Assembly (NCBI GenBank): GCA_963737155.1
Contig: CAVTRN010000001.1
Location: 1,152,001 to 1,216,000, forward strand
DNA from: Nitrospirota bacterium
GTDB lineage: Bacteria > Nitrospirota > UBA9217
Direction of reading: 5' to 3'
DNA: 64,000 nt
Below the pieces are notes generated by a model. The model worked only from the letters and a program-made list of their open reading frames with translations, was not told the origin of the DNA and searched no databases. The translations under genes were made by a program, and so were the position numbers. Shown in pieces: positions 31,017 to 40,648 of the stretch. Position 1 is the stretch's first letter; the number at the start of each line of letters is the position of its first letter.

Positions 31017-31646
31017 ATTATCTACGTCCGATAGAGAGCTTTTACTCAGGGGAGAAATTACCAGAGGACATATCGGGGGTGTAGTCTATGTATTTTTACG
31101 AAACGGCTGACTGATTTAAAAATGTTGATAATTTTCACCTACTTATGAAGTCAGGAATGAATCATTAATATTTTTCTAACTTATTGTTATGATAATATTA
31201 ATATTGCCTAAATAATGTGCAAGTTACGTTCTGGTTAAGAATAAGAGCCAAATACTTATAATTTTGACACTCTTTTGCACAGGTTGTCCACATGGTTTGT
31301 TTGTAGAACATATAAGCCATTATTTTTTCAAAGTCCTAACCCCGTATGAGCAATTTATTTTGAATGGTACTTTTTTATTTACTCAAGTTTTGCGGGTGCA
31401 AATTTGTAAACCGGTGAGGTTTTGAAATGGCATGGCAGTATTATGTGACTGAGCTTAGGAATAAGTAGAGGGAGATGCATCTTGCGAGGAATTTACTTTA
31501 TTCGGGTGCCAAGGATATGGTCAAGAAATTAGGGAAACAGTGAAGTCGATGAAATAGAATCACGATTTCCTCGGCTACTTCCCATGAAGAATACATTATG
31601 CTATACTACGCTGAATTGGTAAATTCCTGCGGGCATCTAATAATAT

Positions 31647-32006
31647 ATGGGGGCTAAGATGATGATTAAGAAAAGTAAAGACATTTCAAAAAAGAAACCT
31701 ATTAAGGCTGGAAAGGTTCAAGGCATGAGCAAGGTTGCTGCAAAAAAGAAAGTAATTAAGACTGAAAAAGTTCAAAATGCTAAAAACATTGTTAATGAGA
31801 TAGAAATGGATTCTGAAGCAAGGATGCTGCAAGATGTCATAGTCATGGCAGAAAATGTGGGGCTTGACGTAGTGAACGTGATTAAAACAGCGCTTATAAG
31901 GGCAATCCAGAGAGCCGAGGGGAGTAATGAATGCTATATGTCTGAGGAAGCACTAAGCTGCGGTCAGGTGAATTGCCTTTGGCGTCAAGACTGTGCTCCA
32001 TTTTGA
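31647..32006 (+). CDS. SAP/Rho-N-like small Cys-motif protein with Lys-rich N-terminus
   Basis: KTALIRAIQRAEG..CY...CGQVNCLWRQDC. Confidence 0.7.
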   Translation: MGAKMMIKKSKDISKKKPIKAGKVQGMSKVAAKKKVIKTEKVQNAKNIVNEIEMDSEARMLQDVIVMAENVGLDVVNVIKTALIRAIQRAEGSNECYMSEEALSCGQVNCLWRQDCAPF

Positions 32007-32139
32007 GTTTGGTTCGAAAGACTCTTCCGATGAACCTTTGAATAGATAAATGACTCATGGTTTGAGTCTTGCCGTAATCTGCCTCTCGCTGCCCTTATGC
32101 AACAGTCTTTTATCGGTAATCTGACCGCGACCAGCGACC

Positions 32140-32250
32140 CCAAAAAGCTGGGGAAAAACACTGGCGGCAGCAGGAAAGCTCTTTAAATGGCAGTCAAGCA
32201 GATAGACAGTCGGAAGCTGCAAACGGCTTTGAGTTATTTGGTCATGAATT
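32140..32250 (+). pseudogene. RecD2-like helicase C-terminal remnant 2
   Basis: GGSRKAL*MAVKQIDSRKLQTALSYL; diverged direct repeat of about 29500-29575. Confidence 0.65.
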
Positions 32251-32310
32251 GAAATTGTATCAGCAGGAATTTAGCAGGACAGCCAGGATGAAGCTGAACT
32301 TTATATTATG

Positions 32311-32508
32311 AAAAGTCATACCTTGGATTTTGAGTGTTCGAGGTTAGTTCCAAACTTTTTGCCTCTGCAGACGCTTTAGGCTACCCTCTTTGTCGCAGGG
32401 CTTGCACACCGCATCTTGCGTTGAGCGAATTAAAACGTGTTACCTCCGCCTCAAAACCCAAGGTATTTTTATGAGTGACCTTTTTTTCTAAAGTATTTAG
32501 TGTTTATG
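32311..32508 (-). ncRNA. Candidate rod-like structured ncRNA of unknown family
   Basis: 17-bp stem 32450-32466 / 32318-32334 plus nested stems; most stem mismatches are G-U only on the minus strand; upstream promoter; no credible ORF. Confidence 0.6.
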
Positions 32509-32514
32509 GCTATT

Positions 32515-32543
32515 AACATAGCCGATGCAATCTTTTACGTCAA
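32515..32543 (-). promoter_or_regulatory. Putative sigma70 promoter driving the candidate ncRNA
   Basis: TTGACG-17bp-TATGTT on minus strand. Confidence 0.65.
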
Positions 32544-32630
32544 GGGAATAAGTAATTTCTCTATAGTCTGCCATTTAGTTTCATGTATTTGAATTCCTTA
32601 TTGCCGTTTTATATTTCTTATATCCCATTG

Positions 32631-32901
32631 TTAGGATTCGCTCTGCATATAGATAGCATAATGCGTTGGGCAGGTGCAAATATGCTCATTACCGTTACCG
32701 ACAGTAAATTTGTAGGAACAGGAAATGTCATCTGTATCCTTCTCAGTCTTTTACATGAAGCATTCTTTCATCGAAACACTTCTCAATTTTACATTGAAGC
32801 AGGTGTTCGCAACCGCCTGTGGAAAGGCAGGAAAAATTATTACAACATCTGGTAGTCATTTTTATTGCTTCATCTAATACACCTGATACGCAAAATTCCA
32901 T
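32631..32901 (-). pseudogene. Small Cys-rich protein with one frameshift
   Basis: MEFC...CCNNFSCLSTGGC...C, shift near 32750, then SCSYKF...ICTCPTHYAIY. Confidence 0.6.
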
Positions 32902-33508
32902 TTAATTCCCTTCGTTCTCAACATTACAGTTAGTTTTAGTGGGGTTCAATGCAGACGACGAAACAGCATCATTTGAAAATATCGGGGATAACTGTTTAAG
33001 CACAGCAGACCATCTGTATGCATTTATTAGATAGCTAATGCCACTTCCCTCAAAGTATGATTTTGTTGTATAATCCTCCATTCACAACCAGCCGATAACC
33101 TCAGGTACTCCAAACCAGCTTTTGGCATTTATTGTTCACCATCTCATCGTGTGCATTGTGCCGCGATTTCAGTTTAACTGTAACGAGAAACATTGCATTA
33201 TTAGTGCTCGTAATTAAAACCAAGATTCCTCCCGATGCAGGGCCGTATATGCTTAAAAGCCTAGCCAAGCTGGCTTTAGAGTCTATGCCATCAATTATTT
33301 CAAGAACATCGTTTTTTGGTTGTGTAATCATACTCAGTGGGAATTTTACCATTTATTACTGAATCCGCATAAACAAGAAGCGCACCCTTCTTTCGGATAA
33401 ATAGCATTCTCTGTACACCACAGAAATATCAGGCATAAATGGGTCAAGTACTGATTAAGCCTAATCTCTTTCTTCTATTGGTGTCATTATGATATATGTC
33501 TGTTTCTT

Positions 33509-33883
33509 CTACTGATAAGTCGGCGGACCCATTGTTGAGATTATGATTTCATTAACCTCTTCTTCGTTCAGGCCGAGTTTTTCATTCATCAAGACAGTTT
33601 CTGCCTTTGCCTTGATAAAGCTGCAATGCCATCCCCAGTCCATCTTATAAAATCCGGGTTCATCCTCAACGGCAACGCATACGATAAAAGCACCTTCTTT
33701 GTTGCGTTCGGAATTAAGAACAAAATATGCTATCCGTCTACCTTTAAAAGCAGCCTCTACAAAATCCGCCACTTGATTGCTCAACTCAACTTTTTCCTTT
33801 GCTATAGATACAGTTCTTTTCTTTATTGTAGAAACAGGCTTTTTCTTTGATGGGCTTATGGGCTTTTTCTTTTTTGCTTTCAT
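33509..33883 (-). CDS. Hypothetical protein with basic N-terminal tail
   Basis: GGAGG RBS; MKAKKKKP... followed by a globular-looking domain (VAVEDEPGFY..DWGW). Confidence 0.7.
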   Translation of the reverse strand: MKAKKKKPISPSKKKPVSTIKKRTVSIAKEKVELSNQVADFVEAAFKGRRIAYFVLNSERNKEGAFIVCVAVEDEPGFYKMDWGWHCSFIKAKAETVLMNEKLGLNEEEVNEIIISTMGPPTYQ

Positions 33884-33903
33884 TAACAACCTCCAATTAT
33901 TCT

Positions 33904-35210
33904 GGTTCCTTCTCAAACTAAGTGGGTAATGGTATAGTAGAGGCCACGAAAAGGAGGGCTTCTATGCAGATACCGGAATCACTTTTTGAGAAGGCGCTTA
34001 AAGTTGAATCACCTTGGAAAATCACCAGGATTGACTTTCAGGAAAATGTGAAGCACCTGTATATTGACCTTGATTTTCCGGAAGGGAGCCTTTTCCCTTG
34101 TCCCCGTTGTGGCAAGTTGGTTACAGCATACGATACGAAGATAAAGACATGGCGGCACCTGAACTTTTTTCAATACGAGTGTTATTTACGGGTACGAATG
34201 CCACGAACGGACTGTCCTCAAGACGGCCCCTTACGTGTAGATGCGCCGTGGGCGCGAGCAGATGCGGATTTCACCCTTCTGTTTGAATCGTTTGCTATGA
34301 CGTTATGTCGGGAGATGCCAGTCAACACCGTGTCACGGATTATTGGGGTTGATGATAACAAACTCTGGCGGATGATGCGGCACTATGTTGAGGCTGCACG
34401 TCAAGAAGAGGATTATTCAGAAGTAACGCGACTCGGGACGGATGAAACGTCCAAGTGCAAAGGGCATGATTATGTCTCCCTCTTTGTCGACCTGGACGAG
34501 AAGAGAACGATCTTTGTGGCCGAAGGCAAAGGATCGGAGACGGTAGTCGCATGTACACAAGATTTGCGCGAACACGGTGGTGAACCGGAGAATATAACGG
34601 ATGTGAGTATAGATATGTCCCCGGCATTCATTAAGGGAGTGGAAGATAATTTTAAGAACGCGCAAATCACGTTTGATAAGTTTCATGTGATGAAGATTAT
34701 CAACAAAGCCGTAGATGAAGTGAGAAAAATAGAGTCGAGAGGACAGGATATTCTCCGCGGCCACAAGTACCTTTTTTTAAAAAACAGGGCGAATTTAACA
34801 GACAATCAAAGCGAATCACTTCGGGCGATAGAATCGCAGCCGCGATTGAACCTGAAGACAGTGCGGGCGCTACATATCCGAGAGAACTTTCAAGATATTT
34901 ATAAAGAGTGTGACAGCGAGACATTCGGGCGAGCACTGAGGAAATGGTATTTTTGGGCGACCCATTGCAGAATACCGCAAATCGTTGAAGCAGCTAAGAC
35001 GATCAAGAACCATTGGTCGGGTGTTGTAAGATGGTTTGAGAGCAAAGTAAACAATGGAATTCTCGAAGGCCTAAATAGTTTGGTTCAGGCAGCAAAGTCG
35101 AAGGCACGAGGATACCGTACTTTCAAGAACTTCTCGACGATTATCTACATGCTTACTGGTAAGCTCGACTACGGCAAGGTCGGACTACCCACTTGAGATG
35201 AGAAAGAACC
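33904..35210 (+). mobile_element. ISL3-family insertion sequence
   Basis: TIRs GGTTCCTTCTCA..AAGTGGGTA / TACCCACTT..TGAGAAAGAACC; 8-bp TSD ATTATTCT at 33896-33903 and 35211-35218. Confidence 0.95.
33964..35196 (+). CDS. ISL3-family transposase (intact)
   Basis: CPRCG zinc finger, WRHL, GTDET, IDMSPAF, FDKFH, NGILEGLN. Confidence 0.95.
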   Translation: MQIPESLFEKALKVESPWKITRIDFQENVKHLYIDLDFPEGSLFPCPRCGKLVTAYDTKIKTWRHLNFFQYECYLRVRMPRTDCPQDGPLRVDAPWARADADFTLLFESFAMTLCREMPVNTVSRIIGVDDNKLWRMMRHYVEAARQEEDYSEVTRLGTDETSKCKGHDYVSLFVDLDEKRTIFVAEGKGSETVVACTQDLREHGGEPENITDVSIDMSPAFIKGVEDNFKNAQITFDKFHVMKIINKAVDEVRKIESRGQDILRGHKYLFLKNRANLTDNQSESLRAIESQPRLNLKTVRALHIRENFQDIYKECDSETFGRALRKWYFWATHCRIPQIVEAAKTIKNHWSGVVRWFESKVNNGILEGLNSLVQAAKSKARGYRTFKNFSTIIYMLTGKLDYGKVGLPT

Positions 35211-35341
35211 ATTATTCTTCTATTTTAGTGTTATTTTGTATGAAGTGCAAGAAGACCGTGAAAGCCTGTGAGTATCTTGACCTTTATCCCTGCCCCGTTT
35301 CTGTTTACCGGATAGTCTAAATCCTGTATAATCTGTCAACC

Positions 35342-35914
35342 ATGAAATCAGCCACCCAATATCGTAAAGCAACCTCTACAGACTTCGCGGGAATTATCCG
35401 CTTGCAGAATGACAATCTCATAACTGCTCTTCAAGGGAAGGATTTATCTCAGGGGTTTCTGACCATACCATTGTCAGTGGAACAACTTCACAGGATAAAC
35501 AGAGAACATGGCATATACGTTGCTTGCCAGGGTAAGGAAATCATCGGATACCTGATGGCACAATCTGTCGAAATAGCTACGGGGTCACCTTTGATAGCCC
35601 GCATGCTTAGCAGACTGAAGAAATTCATATTCGAAGGTGTTGTCTTGTCATCTTGCAAAGTGTTTGTTTATGGACCTGTCTGCATTGACAGGGAACACAG
35701 AGGACAAGAGATATTAGAAGAATTATTTAAGGTTATGCTCCAGACATTGCAAGGTAAATATGATGTAGGTGTTGCTTTTGTTTCAGCACTGAATCCCCGT
35801 TCCTATAATGCTCACAAGAATAAACTTGGGATGCGGATAGCTGATGAATTTGAATTCAATGGACAGAAATATTGGACTCTTGTCTTTGCGGTGAAACAGA
35901 AAGACCAAAAGTGA
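35342..35914 (+). CDS. GNAT-family N-acetyltransferase
   Basis: YGPVCIDREHRGQ acetyl-CoA motif; NPRSYNAH. Confidence 0.85.
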   Translation: MKSATQYRKATSTDFAGIIRLQNDNLITALQGKDLSQGFLTIPLSVEQLHRINREHGIYVACQGKEIIGYLMAQSVEIATGSPLIARMLSRLKKFIFEGVVLSSCKVFVYGPVCIDREHRGQEILEELFKVMLQTLQGKYDVGVAFVSALNPRSYNAHKNKLGMRIADEFEFNGQKYWTLVFAVKQKDQK

Positions 35915-36203
35915 TAGATAACTTTTTTATGTAGTAGCCGGAAACTCGCCATTCATCATCTTTTTCCATCATGGGTACGACTATTTCTATTTCTTCTCTC
36001 TTGTTCCCGAAAGATGAAGACAACACCAGCTACTTCCTTCAATATGGTATACTTATTTTCAGGCATTGTAGGACAGGAAGTAGGAATTTGCAAGACGAGA
36101 ACAGAACTACACGGGTAGCTTGTGCACCAGAATTGTGCAAAAAAAACACAAATTTGACTATGCTAACCTTTTGAATTATCATCAATGTGGTCGAGGGGCT
36201 TAT

Positions 36204-36234
36204 CGGGTTAGAAACCCGTCGCCCGCTCCATTTT
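36204..36234 (+). repeat. att-like direct repeat of tRNA-Gly 3' end (copy 2)
   Basis: CGGGTTAGAAACCCGTCGCCCGCTCCATTTT versus 24312-24342; followed by terminator-like hairpin 36244-36270. Confidence 0.9.
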
Positions 36235-36399
36235 TATATCAATAATCCGGGGGTTATCTCTCGGATTTTTTGTTTTTCGTGAATTCTTCGGGACTGTCCC
36301 CGCCACAATCTTTTGAACAATCAGGCATCACTTGTTCGCGGGTAGCTACGGTTTTCGGCGGCCCAAGAATTTGGTGCAAGATTTCGAGAAATACCGGTT

Positions 36400-36830
36400 T
36401 TAACCGCACGATCTCAACTTTTATTTGCATCTTTTACAAGAAAGTCAGTAATACCTTTGGCCAATATATATTGTGATTAGACCTGATCCTGCTGACTTAT
36501 CTTTTAAAATCATCATTAGTAGCGCACGACCTCATATTCTGATTCGGCTGGGAGGAGTTTATCGTTGTCTTGAAAGCGTCTTCTAATAATGATGCTGAAC
36601 TGAAACAGCGTTAAATAGGTTCCGGAAGTCTGTGCAGAAACACTCTCTTCGGCAAATCGGCGAGATCATTGTCAGTATTGACTGCATCCAAATTTCCAAC
36701 AACGATGTCTCTGTCGCTTGCCTGGAGCAAGCCGATCTAACTCTCTATTATACGAAAGAACTTGGCTGTAAAAGAACATTGCAACTATGAGCAGCAGATT
36801 GACGAGGGGGAAATAGACGTAAGGAATACG
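36400..36830 (+). pseudogene. Diguanylate cyclase (GGDEF) remnant
   Basis: YKKVSNTFG...HDLIF*FGWEEFIVVL...IVSI...ADLTLYYTK across frames; GGEEF decayed to GWEEF. Confidence 0.7.
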
Positions 36831-37056
36831 CGATGCGAATCAGAGCGATTGAACTGTTCAGAACACGCTTCTGAAAAACTCCCGACCTCGGGGATGAGGA
36901 TGCTATCCTGGGGAAAAACCAATGAATGCTTCGAAATATCCTCAACAGAAGAACGAAGCGGCAAAAATTTCCGGAGGCCTGAAATTCAGCCGGTTTGAGC
37001 GCTAAACAAGCTCTTGACAATGACTAAGGACTTGCTTTATCATCGTGCAGGTCGAG

Positions 37057-37094
37057 GGGGTCGCGGGTTCGAGACCCATCGCCCGCTCCATTTT
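37057..37094 (+). repeat. att-like direct repeat of tRNA-Gly 3' end (copy 3)
   Basis: GGGGTCGCGGGTTCGAGACCCATCGCCCGCTCCATTTT; followed by terminator-like hairpin 37123-37156. Confidence 0.9.
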
Positions 37095-37177
37095 AACAAC
37101 TTCGTTAAAATTATTCCATGGTAACCCTTGCCTGATGAATCAGGTGGGGGTTTTTTGTTATTGCCCGGGGAAACATT

Positions 37178-37699
37178 ATGACAAACAAAATCATATTCAT
37201 TACCGGCGGTGCTCGGTCCGGGAAATCATCCTATGCCGAGAAACTGGCAATGAGTCTGGCTGGCAAACGGGCCTATCTTGCCACTGCCCAGGCACTGGAT
37301 GCGGAGATGGCTGCGAGAATCGAGAAGCACCGTCAGTGCCGCGGAAGTGCTTGGAACACCTATGAAGAGCCACTGGCCGTTGCCGCACTCCTGCGCAAAC
37401 TATCGGACCGCTATCAGGTTGTGCTTCTCGACTGCCTTACGCTCTGGCTGAGTAATGTTATGGCTCATACTGATGGTGAGGGCGCGGTTGTTCTTCTCTC
37501 GGAAGAGTTGGTGAAAGCTGTCAAGGATTTCACCGGGACGTGCATCGTGGTTTCGAATGAGGTGGGACTGGGTATCGTTCCTGACAACCCCCTTGCAAGA
37601 AAGTTCCGGGACTATGCAGGTTTGCTGAATCAGATGATCGCCCGGGCTGCAGACGAGGTTTATTTTACGGCTTCGGGAATACCGGTGAGGCTTAAATAA
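37178..37699 (+). CDS. cobU: Adenosylcobinamide kinase/guanylyltransferase
   Basis: ITGGARSGKS, DCLTLWLSN, VSNEVGLG. Confidence 0.96.
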   Translation: MTNKIIFITGGARSGKSSYAEKLAMSLAGKRAYLATAQALDAEMAARIEKHRQCRGSAWNTYEEPLAVAALLRKLSDRYQVVLLDCLTLWLSNVMAHTDGEGAVVLLSEELVKAVKDFTGTCIVVSNEVGLGIVPDNPLARKFRDYAGLLNQMIARAADEVYFTASGIPVRLK

Positions 37700-37739
37700 A
37701 AGAGAAAAGGTAGGGATGGTCAAAGAATAGAAGGAAATT

Positions 37740-38663
37740 TGACAACCGGTACGAAGAGCAGGAATAAGCTTATTTTCACTTTCACTGGTGACCACGGCGT
37801 GACTGAAGAGAGCGTCAGCGCCTATCCGAAAGGTAACCACCCAGATGGTTCTCAACTTCCTTCGCGGCGGTGTCGGGGTAATTGTTTCTCGCCCGGCATG
37901 TGGATTCACGGGTTATCGTGGCAGAATGGGCGTCGATTACGCGCCCAAAGCTATGAATGCGTTGGAAATCAGGAAGATCGACTACGGCACGAGGAGTATG
38001 ACTAAGGTTCTCGGCCATGAGCCGGGAAGATGCGGAACGCACGGTGCTTGCTGGAATAGAACTCGTTGAAAAGTACAAAGACGGACTCGACCTGCTTAGC
38101 GCCGGTGATATGAGCTTCGACAACACGACGCCGTCCTCAGCTATTGTCTCGGTCATTACAGCCACAGACACTGCGCGCGTGATGGGCCGCGGAACGGGAA
38201 TCAATGACCGTTCGCTCCGGCGTACGTTGGCCAATATCAAAAAGGCAATAGCAGCAAACAATAGGATTTCGAGGATGCTCTTGACATGCTTGACAAGCTC
38301 GGTGGTTACGAAATCGGGGGCATCGTCGGCCCTGTGCTCGGGGCGGTTCTGTACCGGAACCCCGTTGAAATTGACGGATTCAAATCGAACATGGGCGCAC
38401 TTATCGCTTTGGTGCTCAATTCCTAGGACAAGGGGTACAAGTTCGTGGCGCATCAGTTCGTCGAGATCGGCCATCGCAGGATGCTCGCTCACCTCGAATA
38501 GATCCACTTCCTGGACCTGAATCTCAGGCTTGGTGAGGGAACCGTCGCGGTTCTCGGCATGTCGCTTGTCGAGGCAGGTGTGAAAATGCTTATCGAGGTG
38601 GCCACCTTCGCCGTTACGGGTTTAGCGGAAAAGCATGAGGAACCGGTAAAGCGGAAGGCGTAA
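37740..38663 (+). pseudogene. cobT: Nicotinate-nucleotide--dimethylbenzimidazole phosphoribosyltransferase pseudogene
   Basis: [46 protein letters not shown] spread over several frames with stops; N-terminus missing. Confidence 0.9.
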
Positions 38664-38738
38664 GTGGGAAATTCTGATGCTCAGGGACAGATCAGCGCTG
38701 GCTGTTGCCGGATTAAGAATACACCGTAGGGGACTCGG

Positions 38739-39509
38739 ATGATAAAGAACTTTATAACTGCATTGCAGTTTTTGACAATATTCACGATAAACAAAAGGCA
38801 TGAGATCGAGGAAAACGATCTAGCGCGATCCATGAGCTACTTCCCTCTGGTCGGTTTTCTCGTTGGGGTGATCCTGGTCAATGCGGACAAACTTTTCATG
38901 GTCATAGCCCTACCCCAGACGATCGGCACGCTTCTTATTCTCGTCATCTCCGTACTGATCACCCGAGCGCTCCATGTCGATGGACTGGCTGATACTCTTG
39001 ACGGTCTGATGGGGGGAACCGATCATACCTCACGCCTCGCCATCATGAAGGACAGTAGGCTTGGGACTGCCGGTGTGCTTGGTATCCTCTTCTCCCTATT
39101 CATGAAATATCTTTGCCTCAACAACCTCATTGAGAGCGATCGGGTTGCCGTGCTCTTGACCGCTCCTGTGCTGGGGCGCTGGTCCCAGACTTTCATGGTG
39201 TTCAACGCAAGCTATGGACGCGAAAACGGGATGGGAAAGGCATTTGTCGGTCATCTACGGTCGAGTGGCCTAGTTGCCGCATCCCTGCTCGCGGTGGGGC
39301 TGACGGCATTCGTAGTTGTGCGGCTGGACATGCACTCTGTAGCACTATTTGTCAGTGTTCTCTCCGGTGTTCTGCTGTTCACCTACCTCGGGAAGAGTTA
39401 TTTGATCAGAAAGCTCAGTGGCGTGACAGGCGACGCAATCGGCGCGATGAACGAACTTAATGAAGTGCTGGTGTTCCTTATCTTTGTAATTTTTTCCGGG
39501 GGGAATTAG
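38739..39509 (+). CDS. cobS: Cobamide synthase (adenosylcobinamide-GDP ribazoletransferase)
   Basis: ALHVDGLADTLDG, IMKDSRLG, GVTGDAIGA. Confidence 0.96.
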   Translation: MIKNFITALQFLTIFTINKRHEIEENDLARSMSYFPLVGFLVGVILVNADKLFMVIALPQTIGTLLILVISVLITRALHVDGLADTLDGLMGGTDHTSRLAIMKDSRLGTAGVLGILFSLFMKYLCLNNLIESDRVAVLLTAPVLGRWSQTFMVFNASYGRENGMGKAFVGHLRSSGLVAASLLAVGLTAFVVVRLDMHSVALFVSVLSGVLLFTYLGKSYLIRKLSGVTGDAIGAMNELNEVLVFLIFVIFSGGN

Positions 39510-39513
39510 TCCC

Positions 39514-40110
39514 ATGCCGACGCGAGTGTACCTCATGCGCCACGGTGAAGTGGCGAACGACGGCGAAAAGCGCTATAACGGCCATATCGACGTCGATATT
39601 ACCGAAAATGGCATCTACCAGATGCATCGACTGTCGGGATTGCTGTTGGGTAAGAACATATCGGCCGTTTATTGTAGCGACCTCATCCGCTCTCGCAAGG
39701 GTGCGGACATTATTTCGCAAAGTCTCGGCCTGAAATTTACACCCCTCCGCGAGCTCCGTGAACGGAGTATGGGAGCATGGGAAGGACTCACAGCCGAGGA
39801 TATTAAGCAGCGATATCCTAAAGAGTACGAGACTTGGAGGGCCGACCTGCTCAATTACCGGCCGCCCTCCGGTGAGTGTCTACTCGACGTGAAGGACAGG
39901 ATCCTTCCAGCATACAAGAAAAAGGTGTCATTCCATCGCGACCAGGAAATCGCCATGCTACTGCACGGCGGCGTAAACCGGATCATTCTTGCCGACGCAC
40001 TCGGCTTAGACCTCATGAACATGTTCAGGATTGACCAGTCATACGGTGCATTGAACATCATCGAATACTTCGACGACGGGATGGCTGTAGCCAAACTAGT
40101 CAATGGGTGA
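39514..40110 (+). CDS. cobC: Alpha-ribazole phosphatase (histidine phosphatase)
   Basis: RHG, SDLxR, LHGG motifs; cob operon context. Confidence 0.85.
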   Translation: MPTRVYLMRHGEVANDGEKRYNGHIDVDITENGIYQMHRLSGLLLGKNISAVYCSDLIRSRKGADIISQSLGLKFTPLRELRERSMGAWEGLTAEDIKQRYPKEYETWRADLLNYRPPSGECLLDVKDRILPAYKKKVSFHRDQEIAMLLHGGVNRIILADALGLDLMNMFRIDQSYGALNIIEYFDDGMAVAKLVNG

Positions 40111-40177
40111 TGGTATTGGTAAATTTCAATAAAAATATTGACATTTAGCTCCCTCATGCCGTATTCTAGACAAACAT

Positions 40178-40264
40178 AACCTGGGGGAGCCGCATGGCTG
40201 AGAGTCCTGATTTCAAGGGATGACCCTTAGAACCTGATCCGGGTAGTTCCGGCGTAGGGAAGGC
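40178..40264 (+). promoter_or_regulatory. TPP riboswitch
   Basis: GGGGAG...GGCTGAGAG...GACCCTTAGAACCTGATCCGGGTAGTTCCGGCGTAGGGAAG upstream of thiS. Confidence 0.95.
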
Positions 40265-40294
40265 AAGTCAATGGCTATCGTCAAAACCTTTTCC

Positions 40295-40331
40295 AGCCGT
40301 ATCCTCGGATACGGCTTTATTGTTTTTTTTT
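40295..40331 (+). terminator. Riboswitch expression-platform terminator
   Basis: AGCCGTATCC-TC-GGATACGGCT followed by T-rich tail. Confidence 0.85.
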
Positions 40332-40385
40332 GCTGCAGATAGAACTGCATATCCTACAGTTGTAAAATCGCATTGTCTTTTAATA

Positions 40386-40589
40386 ATGATGATTATAACC
40401 CTCAATGGAGAGAAAAAAGAAGTCCCTGAAGGCATTACTATCACGGGGCTACTGGAATTTTTGAAGATACAACGCCAGCGGGTAGCCGTTGAGCTGAATA
40501 TGGAAATCGTCAGAAAGGACAAGTTCGACGCGATGGCCATTCACGAGGGAGACAGCCTCGAAATCGTGAGTTTCATGACAGGGGGGTAG
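40386..40589 (+). CDS. thiS: Thiamine biosynthesis sulfur carrier
   Basis: Ubiquitin-like size, C-terminal GG. Confidence 0.93.
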   Translation: MMIITLNGEKKEVPEGITITGLLEFLKIQRQRVAVELNMEIVRKDKFDAMAIHEGDSLEIVSFMTGG

Positions 40590-40648
40590 ATAAAAAAGTT
40601 AAGAGTTCACAGTTCAGGGTTCAAGGTGACTATAAGGAGTAATGGAAC

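Larger units (their letters stand above)
24339..37094. mobile_element. Decayed genomic island(s) integrated at tRNA-Gly 3' end
   Basis: tRNA 3'-end repeats at 36204-36234 and 37057-37094; integrase remnant next to tRNA; lower GC; IS elements and pseudogenes. Confidence 0.85.

Noticed and set aside
31262-31295. DnaA-box-like TTGTCCACA in an AT-rich gap (possible origin)
   Set aside because: Single imperfect box with no iterons or rep gene
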